A stretch of 64,000 bases of DNA from positions 7,130,001 through 7,194,000 of the forward strand of contig JBHGNT010000006.1 in NCBI GenBank assembly GCA_043228905.1, written 5' to 3'. The DNA is from Azolla caroliniana (taxonomy: Eukaryota; Plantae; Polypodiophyta). Position 1 is the first letter of the stretch, and each line of letters begins with the position of its first letter. The notes beneath the pieces are model-generated. The model worked only from the letters and a program-made list of their open reading frames with translations. It was not told the DNA's origin and searched no databases. The translations under genes and the position numbers were made by a program. Shown here piece after piece: positions 39,472 through 49,139 of the stretch.

Positions 39472-42400
39472 TTATGACACTATCCCCCCTTTAAAACGAC
39501 GAGTTTCACGAGTCGTTTTGGATTGAGGACCCGGTTTCTCGGGATATCGTCGATGGAAGTCTTCTAGAAGAGCACGAGCATTGGTCACATTCTCGATCGG
39601 TTCCCAAGTACGCTCGCTGGGACTATATCCTAGCCAATCGACTAGATAGTAGAGCTTGTTGCGAACAATCTTGGAATCGAGGATGGCAGCGACCTCATAC
39701 TCAGGTCCATCTTCGAGCTCGATAGGAGGTGGGGGTTGTATAGTACGTCCTGGGATAGTGCTCTCGTGATAGGGTTCGAGGAGAGAACTATGAAACACCG
39801 GATGTATCCGAAGTTGCGGAGGTAGCTCGAGACGAAAAGCGACATCATTAATCTTCCCGATAATACGGAAAGGACCTAATCGCCGATAATCCAACTTCTC
39901 ACATGGGCGAGTAGTCTTGATGTGTCGTCGTAGCAGCCACACCCGATCTCCAATGTTAAAACTGGATGGAAGTCGATGACGATCTGCGTAGTCCTTGTGT
40001 GATTGTTGAGCTTGCTGGAGTTGAGTAGATAAATCCGCTTGTATCTTGCGTAACCGCTCCAAACGATCCTCCGCGCAAGGATTTGTGGACACTTCTGGGG
40101 TTTCAAGGACACACCACCGGGGATGATATCCCGTATAAGCGTAGAATGGCGTGACTTTAGTTGATGCGTGGATAGCGTTATTATAGGCAAATTCGGCGAA
40201 CTGAAGAATATCTGCCCAGTCATTCTGATGATAGTTGAGAAAGCACCGCAGATACTGCTCCAGTGTTTGATTTGTTCGTTCGGCTTGACCGTCGGTTTGT
40301 GGGTGGTAGCCGGAGGAGAGGTTACAAGTGACCTTCAGCATTTTAAAAAGGTGCTTCCAGAATTTTGACACAAACTGGGGTCCACGATCGCTGATGATAT
40401 TATCAGGGAGTCCATGATGCCGACATACTTCCCGCATGACAATTTCGGCGGTGTCTTCACTAGATATTTCTTTAGTACATGGTAAGAAATGAGCCATCTT
40501 CGTATATCGATCCACCACTGTGAGAATCGCACTGAATCCCTTAGAGACTGGAAGATCTGTAATGAAGTCAAGAGCAATGGATTGCCATGGCTTGCTTGGA
40601 ATTGGTAATGGTTCTAATAAACCATATGGATGATGTCTTGGCATTTTCGCTCTGCAGCATGTATCGCAAGTCCGAACAAAATCTTCGACAAATTGTCGCA
40701 TACGGGGCCACCAGAATGATCGTTGTACTAAATCTAATGTTTTAGTACTACCAAAATGTCCTGCTGTATATGTGTCATGGCAGTTTTGTACTACTCGAAG
40801 GCGGCAAGAACCATTAGGAACATACAAAAGTTCTTTAAAGAAGAGTAATCCATCACAGTATTTGAATTGCCGATAATCCGTACCTGGTGATTGTGATTGT
40901 GAACATGACGCTCGAGAGGGGTCAATTTGTGCTAGTATAGCTTGGGCGAAAGCGTCAGTCTTCAAGTCCTCACGTATAGTATTGGTAATGTCGAAATCCA
41001 CGGGCATGTCAAAGACCTGTGCTGCTTGCAGTCGTGCTGGACCCAAGATTACTTGCTTTTGGTTATCGAAAGCTGGCTCACCGGGACGTGGTGTTAGATA
41101 CGAACGCCGTGATAATGCATCTGCCTTCCCTTGGTGCTTCCCCGGACGATATGTAATTTTGAAGTCGAAGCGTGTGAGGAAGTGGGCCCACCGAGCTTGA
41201 CGTCGATTCAGTACACGAGCATCTTGAAAGTAGGCAAGGTTCTTGTGGTCACTGAATACAGTGACCTGATGAGGAGATCCCTCCAGGAAATGCCTCCATT
41301 GCATAAAAGAATCAACTATTGCTAATAGCTCTTTATCATGAATTTCGTAGTTGATTTCGGCGGCGTCAAACTTACGGGAGTGGAAAGCCACAGGATGTAG
41401 CTTCTCGTCGTTACCCTGTTGTGACAGAATGCTCCCCAATGCGAAATCCGATGCGTCAGCTTCGATAATGAATGGTTTTTCCGGATCCACATGACCTAAA
41501 ATTGGAGCTGATGTAAACGCCTTCTTAAGACTCTCGAAAGCCATGTCCGTCTCTTTAGACCAAATGAATGATTGTCCCTTCCTGGTGAGCTGTGTGAGAG
41601 GCAGCACAATTTTTGAGTAATTTTGTATGAACTTCCGGTAGAAATTTGCAAAGCCTAGGAAGCATTGCACATCCCGCACCGAACGCGGAGTGTGCCATTC
41701 TATCACCGTTTTGACCTTGGCTGGGTCCATAGATATGCCTTCTGAGGAGATGACATAGCCGAGAAATTCCACTTGGTTGCACCCGAAACTACATTTCTCT
41801 AACTTTGCATACAGACCATGTTCTCGAAGTCGTTTTAGTACTAATAGTACATGGGAATCATGTTCTTCTTGGGTCTTTGAATAAACCAGTAGATCATCCA
41901 AATAGATGATCAAAAAATCATCCAAGAGATCTCGAAATATATCATTCGCCATGTGCTGGAAGACTGCCGGCGCATTAGTAAGTCCGAACGGCATGACCGT
42001 ATACTCGAAGTGCCCATATCTGGTGCGAAACGCGGTCTTCCATTCATCTCCTGGTCGGATCCGTACGAGGTTATAGGCTCCTCGTAAGTCGATCTTCGTG
42101 AAGAACCTGGCACCGTTGATCCGTTCTAAAAGACTTGAGATAAGGGGAAGAGCATACCTATTTCTTACTGTGACCTTATTCAAGCCACGGTAATCTACAA
42201 CGAGTCGAAGCGAGCCATCTTTTTTCTTGACGAAGAAAATGGGTGCGTCGGCTGGAGATTTCGAATGCCGAATGAAACCGTTCTCCAAATTCTCCTCTAT
42301 ATAGGCTCGAAGGACTTCTAGCTCGGTTGGTGACAAATTGTAGATCGACCCCCATGGCGGCTCTTTTCCCGGTTGTAAGTCGATGGCGCAGTCGTACGGC

Positions 42401-43083
42401 CGATGATGAGGAAGTGTGTTGGCTTGTACTTTATCGAACACATCAGCATACTGACGATACTTCTCGGGAAGTTGAACGGTGGACTCCTCTTTGGTGGTGC
42501 TGGAGGGTTGTACTGATATTGCAAAGAGAAACATTTCCTCCTTGCGCCCTTCCTCACGCAACTGACGTAGCGAAATGGTTGCAACCTTCTGGGTAGATCC
42601 TTGGGTTTGTCGCAACCGGATTTCCCTTGTCCTCCAATCTATGTCTGGGTCATGTAACTCGAACCATGGTAATCCTAAAACTATGGGATGTTCTGGAATA
42701 CTAATAATATTAAATGATACTACACATGTTAAGTTATCTAGGACAATATTAACGGGTTCCGACTCTTCTATGATATTACCAGAAGCAATGGGACGACCAT
42801 CAATGACTACTACTGAGGCTGGACATGGGAGCTTTCTGAGAGATATCTGATGAGCTCGGGCAAAATTCCTATCCATGAAGCAAGAATTAGCTCCGGAATC
42901 TAGAAGGGCTAAGGTATGTACTGGAGGGGTACTTTTAGTACTAACTGCTACTTGGGCTACGAACACATCACTAACTTGCTTAGAGGGAATGGAACCACTA
43001 ATGGGCTGCACAGATCTAGGGCTGTCCAACCAAACGGCTCCTATTTTGGCTGGACTTAGTCGTTTAACTCTTCTTCTAATTGG
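39472..43083 (-). CDS. pol: Pol (protease-RT-RNase H-integrase-chromodomain), expressed by inferred -1 frameshift from gag
   Basis: LLDSGA protease, YLDDLL RT, EADASD RNase H, HHCC and DDE integrase, GPF motif, chromodomain EYEVAAILDS..YYLVDWLGY...TWEP. The frame is open from 43083, overlaps the gag end in the -1 frame and has no ATG start. The stop lies inside the 3' LTR. Confidence 0.95.
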   Translation of the reverse strand, partial: PIRRRVKRLSPAKIGAVWLDSPRSVQPISGSIPSKQVSDVFVAQVAVSTKSTPPVHTLALLDSGANSCFMDRNFARAHQISLRKLPCPASVVVIDGRPIASGNIIEESEPVNIVLDNLTCVVSFNIISIPEHPIVLGLPWFELHDPDIDWRTREIRLRQTQGSTQKVATISLRQLREEGRKEEMFLFAISVQPSSTTKEESTVQLPEKYRQYADVFDKVQANTLPHHRPYDCAIDLQPGKEPPWGSIYNLSPTELEVLRAYIEENLENGFIRHSKSPADAPIFFVKKKDGSLRLVVDYRGLNKVTVRNRYALPLISSLLERINGARFFTKIDLRGAYNLVRIRPGDEWKTAFRTRYGHFEYTVMPFGLTNAPAVFQHMANDIFRDLLDDFLIIYLDDLLVYSKTQEEHDSHVLLVLKRLREHGLYAKLEKCSFGCNQVEFLGYVISSEGISMDPAKVKTVIEWHTPRSVRDVQCFLGFANFYRKFIQNYSKIVLPLTQLTRKGQSFIWSKETDMAFESLKKAFTSAPILGHVDPEKPFIIEADASDFALGSILSQQGNDEKLHPVAFHSRKFDAAEINYEIHDKELLAIVDSFMQWRHFLEGSPHQVTVFSDHKNLAYFQDARVLNRRQARWAHFLTRFDFKITYRPGKHQGKADALSRRSYLTPRPGEPAFDNQKQVILGPARLQAAQVFDMPVDFDITNTIREDLKTDAFAQAILAQIDPSRASCSQSQSPGTDYRQFKYCDGLLFFKELLYVPNGSCRLRVVQNCHDTYTAGHFGSTKTLDLVQRSFWWPRMRQFVEDFVRTCDTCCRAKMPRHHPYGLLEPLPIPSKPWQSIALDFITDLPVSKGFSAILTVVDRYTKMAHFLPCTKEISSEDTAEIVMREVCRHHGLPDNIISDRGPQFVSKFWKHLFKMLKVTCNLSSGYHPQTDGQAERTNQTLEQYLRCFLNYHQNDWADILQFAEFAYNNAIHASTKVTPFYAYTGYHPRWCVLETPEVSTNPCAEDRLERLRKIQADLSTQLQQAQQSHKDYADRHRLPSSFNIGDRVWLLRRHIKTTRPCEKLDYRRLGPFRIIGKINDVAFRLELPPQLRIHPVFHSSLLEPYHESTIPGRTIQPPPPIELEDGPEYEVAAILDSKIVRNKLYYLVDWLGYSPSERTWEPIENVTNARALLEDFHRRYPEKPGPQSKTTRETRRFKGGIVS

Positions 43084-44225
43084 CTAAGGACATCAAATTT
43101 GTTTGCGAGATTCGGACTATTAGTACTATTAGGACTATTATGACTATGAGGATTATCAGAGATTCCTACTGAAATAGACTCGGGTTTAGTATAGTCAGAA
43201 CTAACAATGACTTGGTTTACCTGCCTTCTTGGTCTATGGGGACAGTTTATCGCGATATGCCCTGGTCCACCGCAATAAAGGCATAATCGGTTTGTTCGGC
43301 GTCGTTGCTTTTCCTCCTCCGATAGCGGCCCACGACGACGTGTAGTGTCAATTTCCATTGGAGTTGGAGTACTTACTGGAGGCGCATTATGTGACTCCCT
43401 TTGAAAAGGTTTCGCTACCACTGAGGCATAGGTAGGCTCGGATCTTGCCCTCGGCATCTGAAATTGTCGTTCCGAACGTCGCTCGAAGAGGCGGTTGTCA
43501 CATCTGACCGCTCGACTGATTGCTTCTGTTAATGATTTTGGCTCTTCAGGGAAAGTCAAGAGTAAATCCTTGACATCGTTGCGTAGACCATAGCGGAATT
43601 GCTCCATCAATGCTTGATCATCCCAGGGGATATCGGCGGCGAGTAGGCGGAAATCTGCGGCATATGCGGAGGCTGGACGGTCACCTTGGCGTAATCGCCG
43701 GATTTTGTTGATTGCAGTCCTTATGCTGTCAGTATCTCCAAAACATGCTTTAAACTCACTTATGAATTCTTCAAAATTATTTAGTACTGGAGACTCCTTT
43801 TCTAGTAGCGGAGCGAACCATGCTAATGCTGAGCCATTTAACAACGTGCCTACTAAACCCACTCGTGATGCATCGGTGGGATATCGGGACGGATGCATTT
43901 GAATAACTAACCGTACCTGGTTAAGAAACCCTCTAAATTGCGATCGCGTTCCATCGAACTTCGTGGGAAGGCCAATCTTGGGTTCTTTATGAATCCCTTG
44001 TGCTCCGTGCCCTTGTTGTTGCATTGCTACGATGGTTGCTTCGAGTTGTTGCACGCGTAACGCAAGTTCCCCATGCTGTTGTTGCGTTTGCTGCTTTTCT
44101 AAGGAAATTTGCTGAAGATCCCCCAACAAGCGTTGATTTTCTTGTTCCAAAGCATGAAACTTCTCTTTCAAGCATTGAAATTCCGAGAAAACGGATTGAT
44201 ACTCTTCAGCGCTAACGGTGGCCAT
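43056..44225 (-). CDS. gag: Gag (N-terminal coiled coil, Ty3/PEG10-like capsid, CCHC zinc knuckle), 389 aa
   Basis: KFDGTRSQFRGFLNQVRL, LRQGDRPASAYAADFR, PMEID, CLYCGGPGHIAINC. Confidence 0.95.
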   Translation of the reverse strand: MATVSAEEYQSVFSEFQCLKEKFHALEQENQRLLGDLQQISLEKQQTQQQHGELALRVQQLEATIVAMQQQGHGAQGIHKEPKIGLPTKFDGTRSQFRGFLNQVRLVIQMHPSRYPTDASRVGLVGTLLNGSALAWFAPLLEKESPVLNNFEEFISEFKACFGDTDSIRTAINKIRRLRQGDRPASAYAADFRLLAADIPWDDQALMEQFRYGLRNDVKDLLLTFPEEPKSLTEAISRAVRCDNRLFERRSERQFQMPRARSEPTYASVVAKPFQRESHNAPPVSTPTPMEIDTTRRRGPLSEEEKQRRRTNRLCLYCGGPGHIAINCPHRPRRQVNQVIVSSDYTKPESISVGISDNPHSHNSPNSTNSPNLANKFDVLSQLEEELND

Positions 44226-44446
44226 GGGATGAAGGAAAAGGGAAATAAGAGACTAGTAGGAAAGGAGGGAGACAGAAGGAAGAGGGAGACTAGTAGTCAA
44301 AATCGGTTCAAACTGTCAGGAACTCTATTAAGGCAGAGAAGGAATTAGTACTAAAAGAAGGATTAGTACTATTGTTGGGGAATAGTACTAAGACAGAGAA
44401 GGATTAGTACTATGAGAGGTGTCGAACTTTGAGAGAAGGAATGAGT

Positions 44447-44488
<42 letters not shown>

Positions 44489-45204
44489 TGATGCGAAAGA
44501 TATATGTATTATATGACGGAAGATATACAACAGTAGTTAGAAGGCTTAAGACTGGCGTTGAACCGATTTGGTTCGAACTAATGCCTTGCGCCTCCTTTTA
44601 TAGTGTCTTCAGGAATACTCCTGAAGTTTCTAGAATGTTCCAGAGAAATCTGGAATATACATCAATTTCCCAATAAAACCTAAATGAAAATAATATCCTT
44701 CAAATTACAATTCATAACCTAATGGTAAAGTCTCGACCCGTGTAACAAAAGGTTATGGGTTCGAGTCTAGTTATGACAATTGCAATTTGCATTTGTTCAT
44801 CTTCATATTCCTCCAACAATTTCTTGATCTCCATAGAATGAATTTAAGCTAACGAATAAAAATCTTTTGTGAGATTGTCCCGATCTTGTTCATACTCTGC
44901 TCATCCATCTTATAGAATTGTTTTCTTGTCTTCAACAAATTCTCATGTAGGTTCGTAACATTTGAAGTTCGGCAGCTTGGGTCGACCATTCTCTCCATCC
45001 TTTCATCATGCTTTCTTCCACTCTTTTCTCTAGCCGACTTTTGTGAGATTCCACTATTCGCTTAATTCATTCGACACTCAATTCCACTTTGGCCTGATTT
45101 TCCTATCATTCGGCTTTCAACTTCTTGATCGTATTAATGGCGATTCCAATTGCACCTCATACTGTTGTTGTACCAAACTAAAATTCATTTTCATAAATAT
45201 TCTT

Positions 45205-45606
45205 TAACAATTCGCTACGATTTAGTTTGAACCAAACCAAACCGCGAAACCGTGGCTTGATGGTTTAGACGGTTTGGTTTGGTTTCAATAGTTAGAAATT
45301 GCGGTTTAACGATTTTTAATTTTTAAAATTGTTTTAAAACAATCTTTTCATTTTTAGGCCTTATTCTCACATTCTTGGAAAATCTTTAAAATTTTGAAAA
45401 TTTAAATAATGAAATATTTAAAAATTTTAAATTTGAATTTTGACCTAATGTGAAAACCGAAACCGAACCAGTAAACCACGGTTTTAATGGTTGGAAATTT
45501 TTTTAACTGTTCGGTTTAACAGTTTCATGGTTTAGTTCATGTTTCAAAATTTTAAACGGTTTGGTTTTGACCCTCATAAACCGAACCGAATTGTTACTGA
45601 TTGTTA
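45205..45606. mobile_element. hAT-type MITE (402 bp)
   Basis: 8-bp TSD ATATTCTT (45197-45204, 45607-45614); termini TAACAAT...ATTGTTA; many AAACC(G)/(C)GGTTT subterminal motifs. Confidence 0.85.
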
Positions 45607-46310
45607 ATATTCTTTTAGGTTTCAATAATTATTTCCAACTCAGCCATGATTTGCTTCACTTCGCTAGCTTCTTCCCGAACTTTAGTTATTTCTTTTGCAA
45701 ATAGCGTCGACCTTCTTTGTGTGCAACTTGGAATTCCTTTTGCTGCTGTTCAAACTTCGCTCGGAGCGCTCGGAGCACCTACTTTTGCTTTTCAAGGTCA
45801 ACTTGGAAGTTGGAAACTTCTTGTGTTGGCATTCATGTCGCCAAAGACAATAACTTCTCCTAATTGGATTTGAAATAAGTTAGATTATCTTCTAGATTGA
45901 AAAAAAGTTGATTGTTATCGGAACACGCATAAAAGCTAGAATCTTGATGAGGAATGTAACATCTAACAACAAAAGTTGGCAAATAATTCGGTGTTTCTAT
46001 TTTGAGCCATATGTAGCATTTATGTTCATCATTTTTTATGATATGATACATATTTCTTTATTTTCTTCTTAATCAAACATGCCACCCTCCTTGTCCTCTT
46101 CATTGTCTTGGATTTTTCACCCATATCAAAGAGTGTACATTATAGTTTTCTAACCCTTGATTCCTTTGAGTATCATGCTCCCATGTTTCAACAAAAATTG
46201 TGATATCCTCTAAATGCCAAATCCCACATTCCATGGGTATCCATTGCAATTCCAAAAACATAGTCTTAAGGTTAGTCCCATCTCACATTGTTGTAAAGAT
46301 TGTGGTTCTG

Positions 46311-47777
46311 TGTCGCAACATTCGGGGTTCTATGACTCGGGGATAATCGTGCGGATGGTGTGATGACAAGAAGGTGAGAAGGCAAGATAAATGCGACTTT
46401 GTCTTGAAAAGAATTTTATTTGTAAAAATCCACTTACAATATTTGTTTGCCAAGAGTTATTTGGCAAGAATTGAACTAGGTCCTTTCTTGGAAGTAAGGT
46501 TTATCAAATAAGCCAATTCAACTATTCTCTTTCTCTATTGATTTAACTTTCTTTCCCTTTATATTTACTATTTTTATATTGCAAAACTTGTTTACCAAAA
46601 ACAAGTTATTTTGGCAAGACTTAAACTCATAAGCTTTGTTTGGGAAGAGGCGTTTGAGATAAACTAATACACCAAATTTCTTCTTGTGTTTCTTTTCCCT
46701 TTTCACTGGTATTAGTCTTAAATTATATTGGCCACCATATTCTTGAGCGACCTCTGCATCCTACACCTTCTCTTCACGCAAGCATCTTTCCTCGCTTTCC
46801 TCTCTTCGTCCTCTTCTTCTTTCTTCTTCTTCTCCCTTCAACCACCATGGGAGTGGCTTTTATAGGGGGTCAACTGCCCTGCCATCCTCTTTGAGGCCGT
46901 TTGTAAACCACCTCATGCATGAGCAGTTAGTTGCGTCTTCTTCTTTTTTAATTAAAATTTTTATTATAAATTTTCACAAATTCTATTTTGTAATTGTATA
47001 TTTGAGAAATTACAAAGTCACCCTTATTTAATTTCAAATCCCCCTTTATGATATAATTACATTTAGCAATGGGCACAATTCGGTTTCGGTTTCAAGGCAA
47101 ACAAACCAAACAGAACCGAACTAAACCTTTTATATAAAACAAAAACCAAACCAAACCAAACCGTTTAGGGGAAAGTTGAAACCAAGCCAAACCATTTAAT
47201 AAAATTTTAAAACCAAATAGTTTAGGGAAAAGTTGAAAACCAAACCGAACCATTTAATAAAATTTTTAAACCTAACCATTTAAATCAAACTAATTAAACA
47301 TCTAAATAAATAAAAATACATTAAATTAAATACAAATTTTAGTTAAATTTATTAAATCAATAAAAGAAACTTTAATTGAACCATTAAATCAAATAAACAT
47401 TTAAGTTATATTAATTAAATCAATAAAAAACCATTAATTAAACCATTAAATTAATAAATTATTAAGGTAAAAAAAAAGTTAACCAAAACCTATAAACCTT
47501 TAAACCAAACCTATAAACCTATAAACCCGAGTTTTAGAACTGAACCATTTATTGAAAATCCAAACCAAACCAAACCAATTGAGCTGAAACCATGCCCATT
47601 GCTAATTACATTTTTGTTCTGAGTAGCATTGATCCTTCCGAAGGTTGTATCTTGGGCTTTCGAACTCCGATTCATGAACCATAAAATTGTACATGCTCCT
47701 TGTCACAAGCTCTAGATGGTAAAATTCTATAGATTTTTAACATTGTTTCGATATCGTGAAGCCTCAACTTCACAACA
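46311..47777. mobile_element. LTR-like segment (TGTCGC...TTCACAACA) containing a MITE; no matching TSD
   Basis: Minus-strand TATA at ~46858-46865. Right end ATCGTGAAG...CTTCACAACA resembles the end of the 59007-59457 LTR. Right flank ACGT, left flank TCTG. Confidence 0.5.
47064..47604. mobile_element. hAT-type MITE (541 bp)
   Basis: 12-bp TIR TAGCAATGGGCA/TGCCCATTGCTA; 8-bp TSD ATTACATT (47056-47063, 47605-47612); AAACC subterminal repeats; AT-rich core. Confidence 0.93.
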
Positions 47778-48389
47778 ACGTGTCCTTGTTTGCCTACATT
47801 TCCGTCTTTAAGCACATCTTTAACCTTATTTTTCAATTTCTCTTCATATATTTTACGACAAGCATTTTGTTGTGAGATAGTATGATCTTCACTCACAAAG
47901 CATTGTGTACCTTTGAGGTATATTGTTACCCGTATAGGTGTACGGGAGGGTTAGGTGTAATGTGGAAGGCGTAATCTATAACATGAAATGTTAACGTGTG
48001 AGTGTTAGGTGGGGTAAGTAGGTGTAACTACCCCCACTCGGTTTTTGGTAATGTACTAATCGTGTACTATTTAAACCCCACCCATGGGGCATGAAAAAAG
48101 GGAGAAATATACTAGAGTTACCCCTCAACTGTCTCAATTCTCTTTCTCTCTCTCATTCATTCTCTGTGCATCTCTCTCCTCTCCCTCACATTCGAACTCC
48201 CTTGGGAGGGGGGTGGAGCCGATCTTGGCTCCACCCCCCACCCATCAACATATACCTGACTATTTTTTAGTATGATCTTTCGCTTTGTATCATCCGCCAT
48301 CTGAGAGAGAGAGAGAGCATTGTTGCCATTGAAAACAAAATTTGCACCTTGGGTGGATTTGCCGTTATAGGATGGTACACACTTGTTAC

Positions 48390-49060
48390 AAGTCATTACA
48401 AATATATTGTATCATCATGCAATGACATCATTATCTTGGTTATCCCCTAAAGCAGAAAATGTATGGAATGTATGTAAGTCGAATGCAAGGTGGTGGAAAA
48501 TATTACAACGTGGTGGGCATTCCCATCTGCCATTCATGGAAAGGTATTCATATGAAGAGTCATGATTGGTGGTGGGCTTCCATTAGGTTCAGCCTTAAAG
48601 AGACAAGGACTAGGATCAGGCACTTGTTGCTTTTGCACCATTCCATTAGAGGACAGTACACATAGGCTCATTAAATGTCTTATAGCGTGTACCATTTGGA
48701 AGTATTTATCAGATGTTTGGCAAGTTTTAACCAGTTGCTATTTGAGACCTCAACAATGAGTTTTTTCGCAACATGTTCAAAATGGTTCAAATGATAAGAT
48801 GGAGATATTGTACTAAATTTTACATTATTGGGGACAACAACACAATTGGAATATGTGTAATACTTTCATGTTTGATAGTAGGCATGGGGTGAAAGCCTAT
48901 ATGAAGAAGTTGAAAGGTATTGTTATATGGAATTTTTGGATGTTAGAGCATGTGGTGATCATTTCCCCAAATTCATATTCAGGTTTTCTAATGGCATTAC
49001 AAGACGTCCCTCTCCCTACATAGGATAGATAGATAGATAGAGGAGACTAAGAAGTATTGT
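48390..49060 (+). mobile_element. 3' fragment of an L1-type LINE (zf-RVT region)
   Basis: GGLPLGSALKRQGLGSGTCCFCTIPLEDSTHRLIKC...IWK matches the L1 ORF2 C-terminal zinc-binding pattern; degenerate. Confidence 0.65.
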
Positions 49061-49102
49061 AATTGCGGATTTTACATGCAAAAAATATAATTGTGTGCTT
49101 TT

Positions 49103-49139
<37 letters not shown>

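Larger units (their letters stand above)
39001..44778 (-). mobile_element. Intact Ty3/gypsy chromovirus (Tcn1/Tf1-sushi-like), very recent insertion
   Basis: LTRs 44778-44314 (5') and 39479-39001 (3') look identical by eye except for (GA)n length; TSD ATTGC at 38996-39000 and 44779-44783; PPT AAAGGGGGGATAG abuts the 3' LTR; non-tRNA PBS; uninterrupted gag and pol. Confidence 0.98.
38285..45797 (+). mobile_element. Truncated Tat-like Ty3/gypsy element: LTR, tRNA-Arg PBS and antisense coiled-coil ORF remnant; hosts the chromovirus and a MITE
   Basis: LTR 38285-38763 (TGTTAACC...GGGTAACA) interrupts the LINE RT. PBS TGGCACGCCC-GTGGGAC at 38766-38782 is complementary to the 3' end of plant tRNA-Arg(UCU) with a 1-nt gap. 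No gag-pol or second LTR remains. Confidence 0.65.
36720..47920 (-). mobile_element. Non-LTR retrotransposon (RTE/RTEX-like LINE), degenerate, split by nested insertions
   Basis: RT remnant ~37600-38284 (HSTIDHL, FVDFKKAFD, GVMQRCPLLPTLFG, LLYADD); APE endonuclease remnant ~45800-46310 (LCFWNC, ETW, YIWLKI, YIPH, GDMNA); ORF1-like tail 47778-47920 (VSEDHTISQQNACRKIYE); C-terminal Cys/His region ~36760-37035. All parts lie on the minus strand in the expected order. Confidence 0.7.

Noticed and set aside
39416-39479. Functional tRNA genes at the tRNA-like LTR modules (also 12214, 59208, 59339)
   Set aside because: Acceptor and anticodon stems cannot be formed; only promoter-box geometry is retained.
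43027-43029. ORF-track start of the 1185-aa Pol
   Set aside because: The codon is TTG in the middle of an open frame that begins at 43083; frameshifting from gag explains expression better.
47924-48390. Possible solo LTR (TGTTAC...GTTACA, TATTTAAA at ~48068)
   Set aside because: No matching TSD, PBS or PPT; boundaries uncertain.
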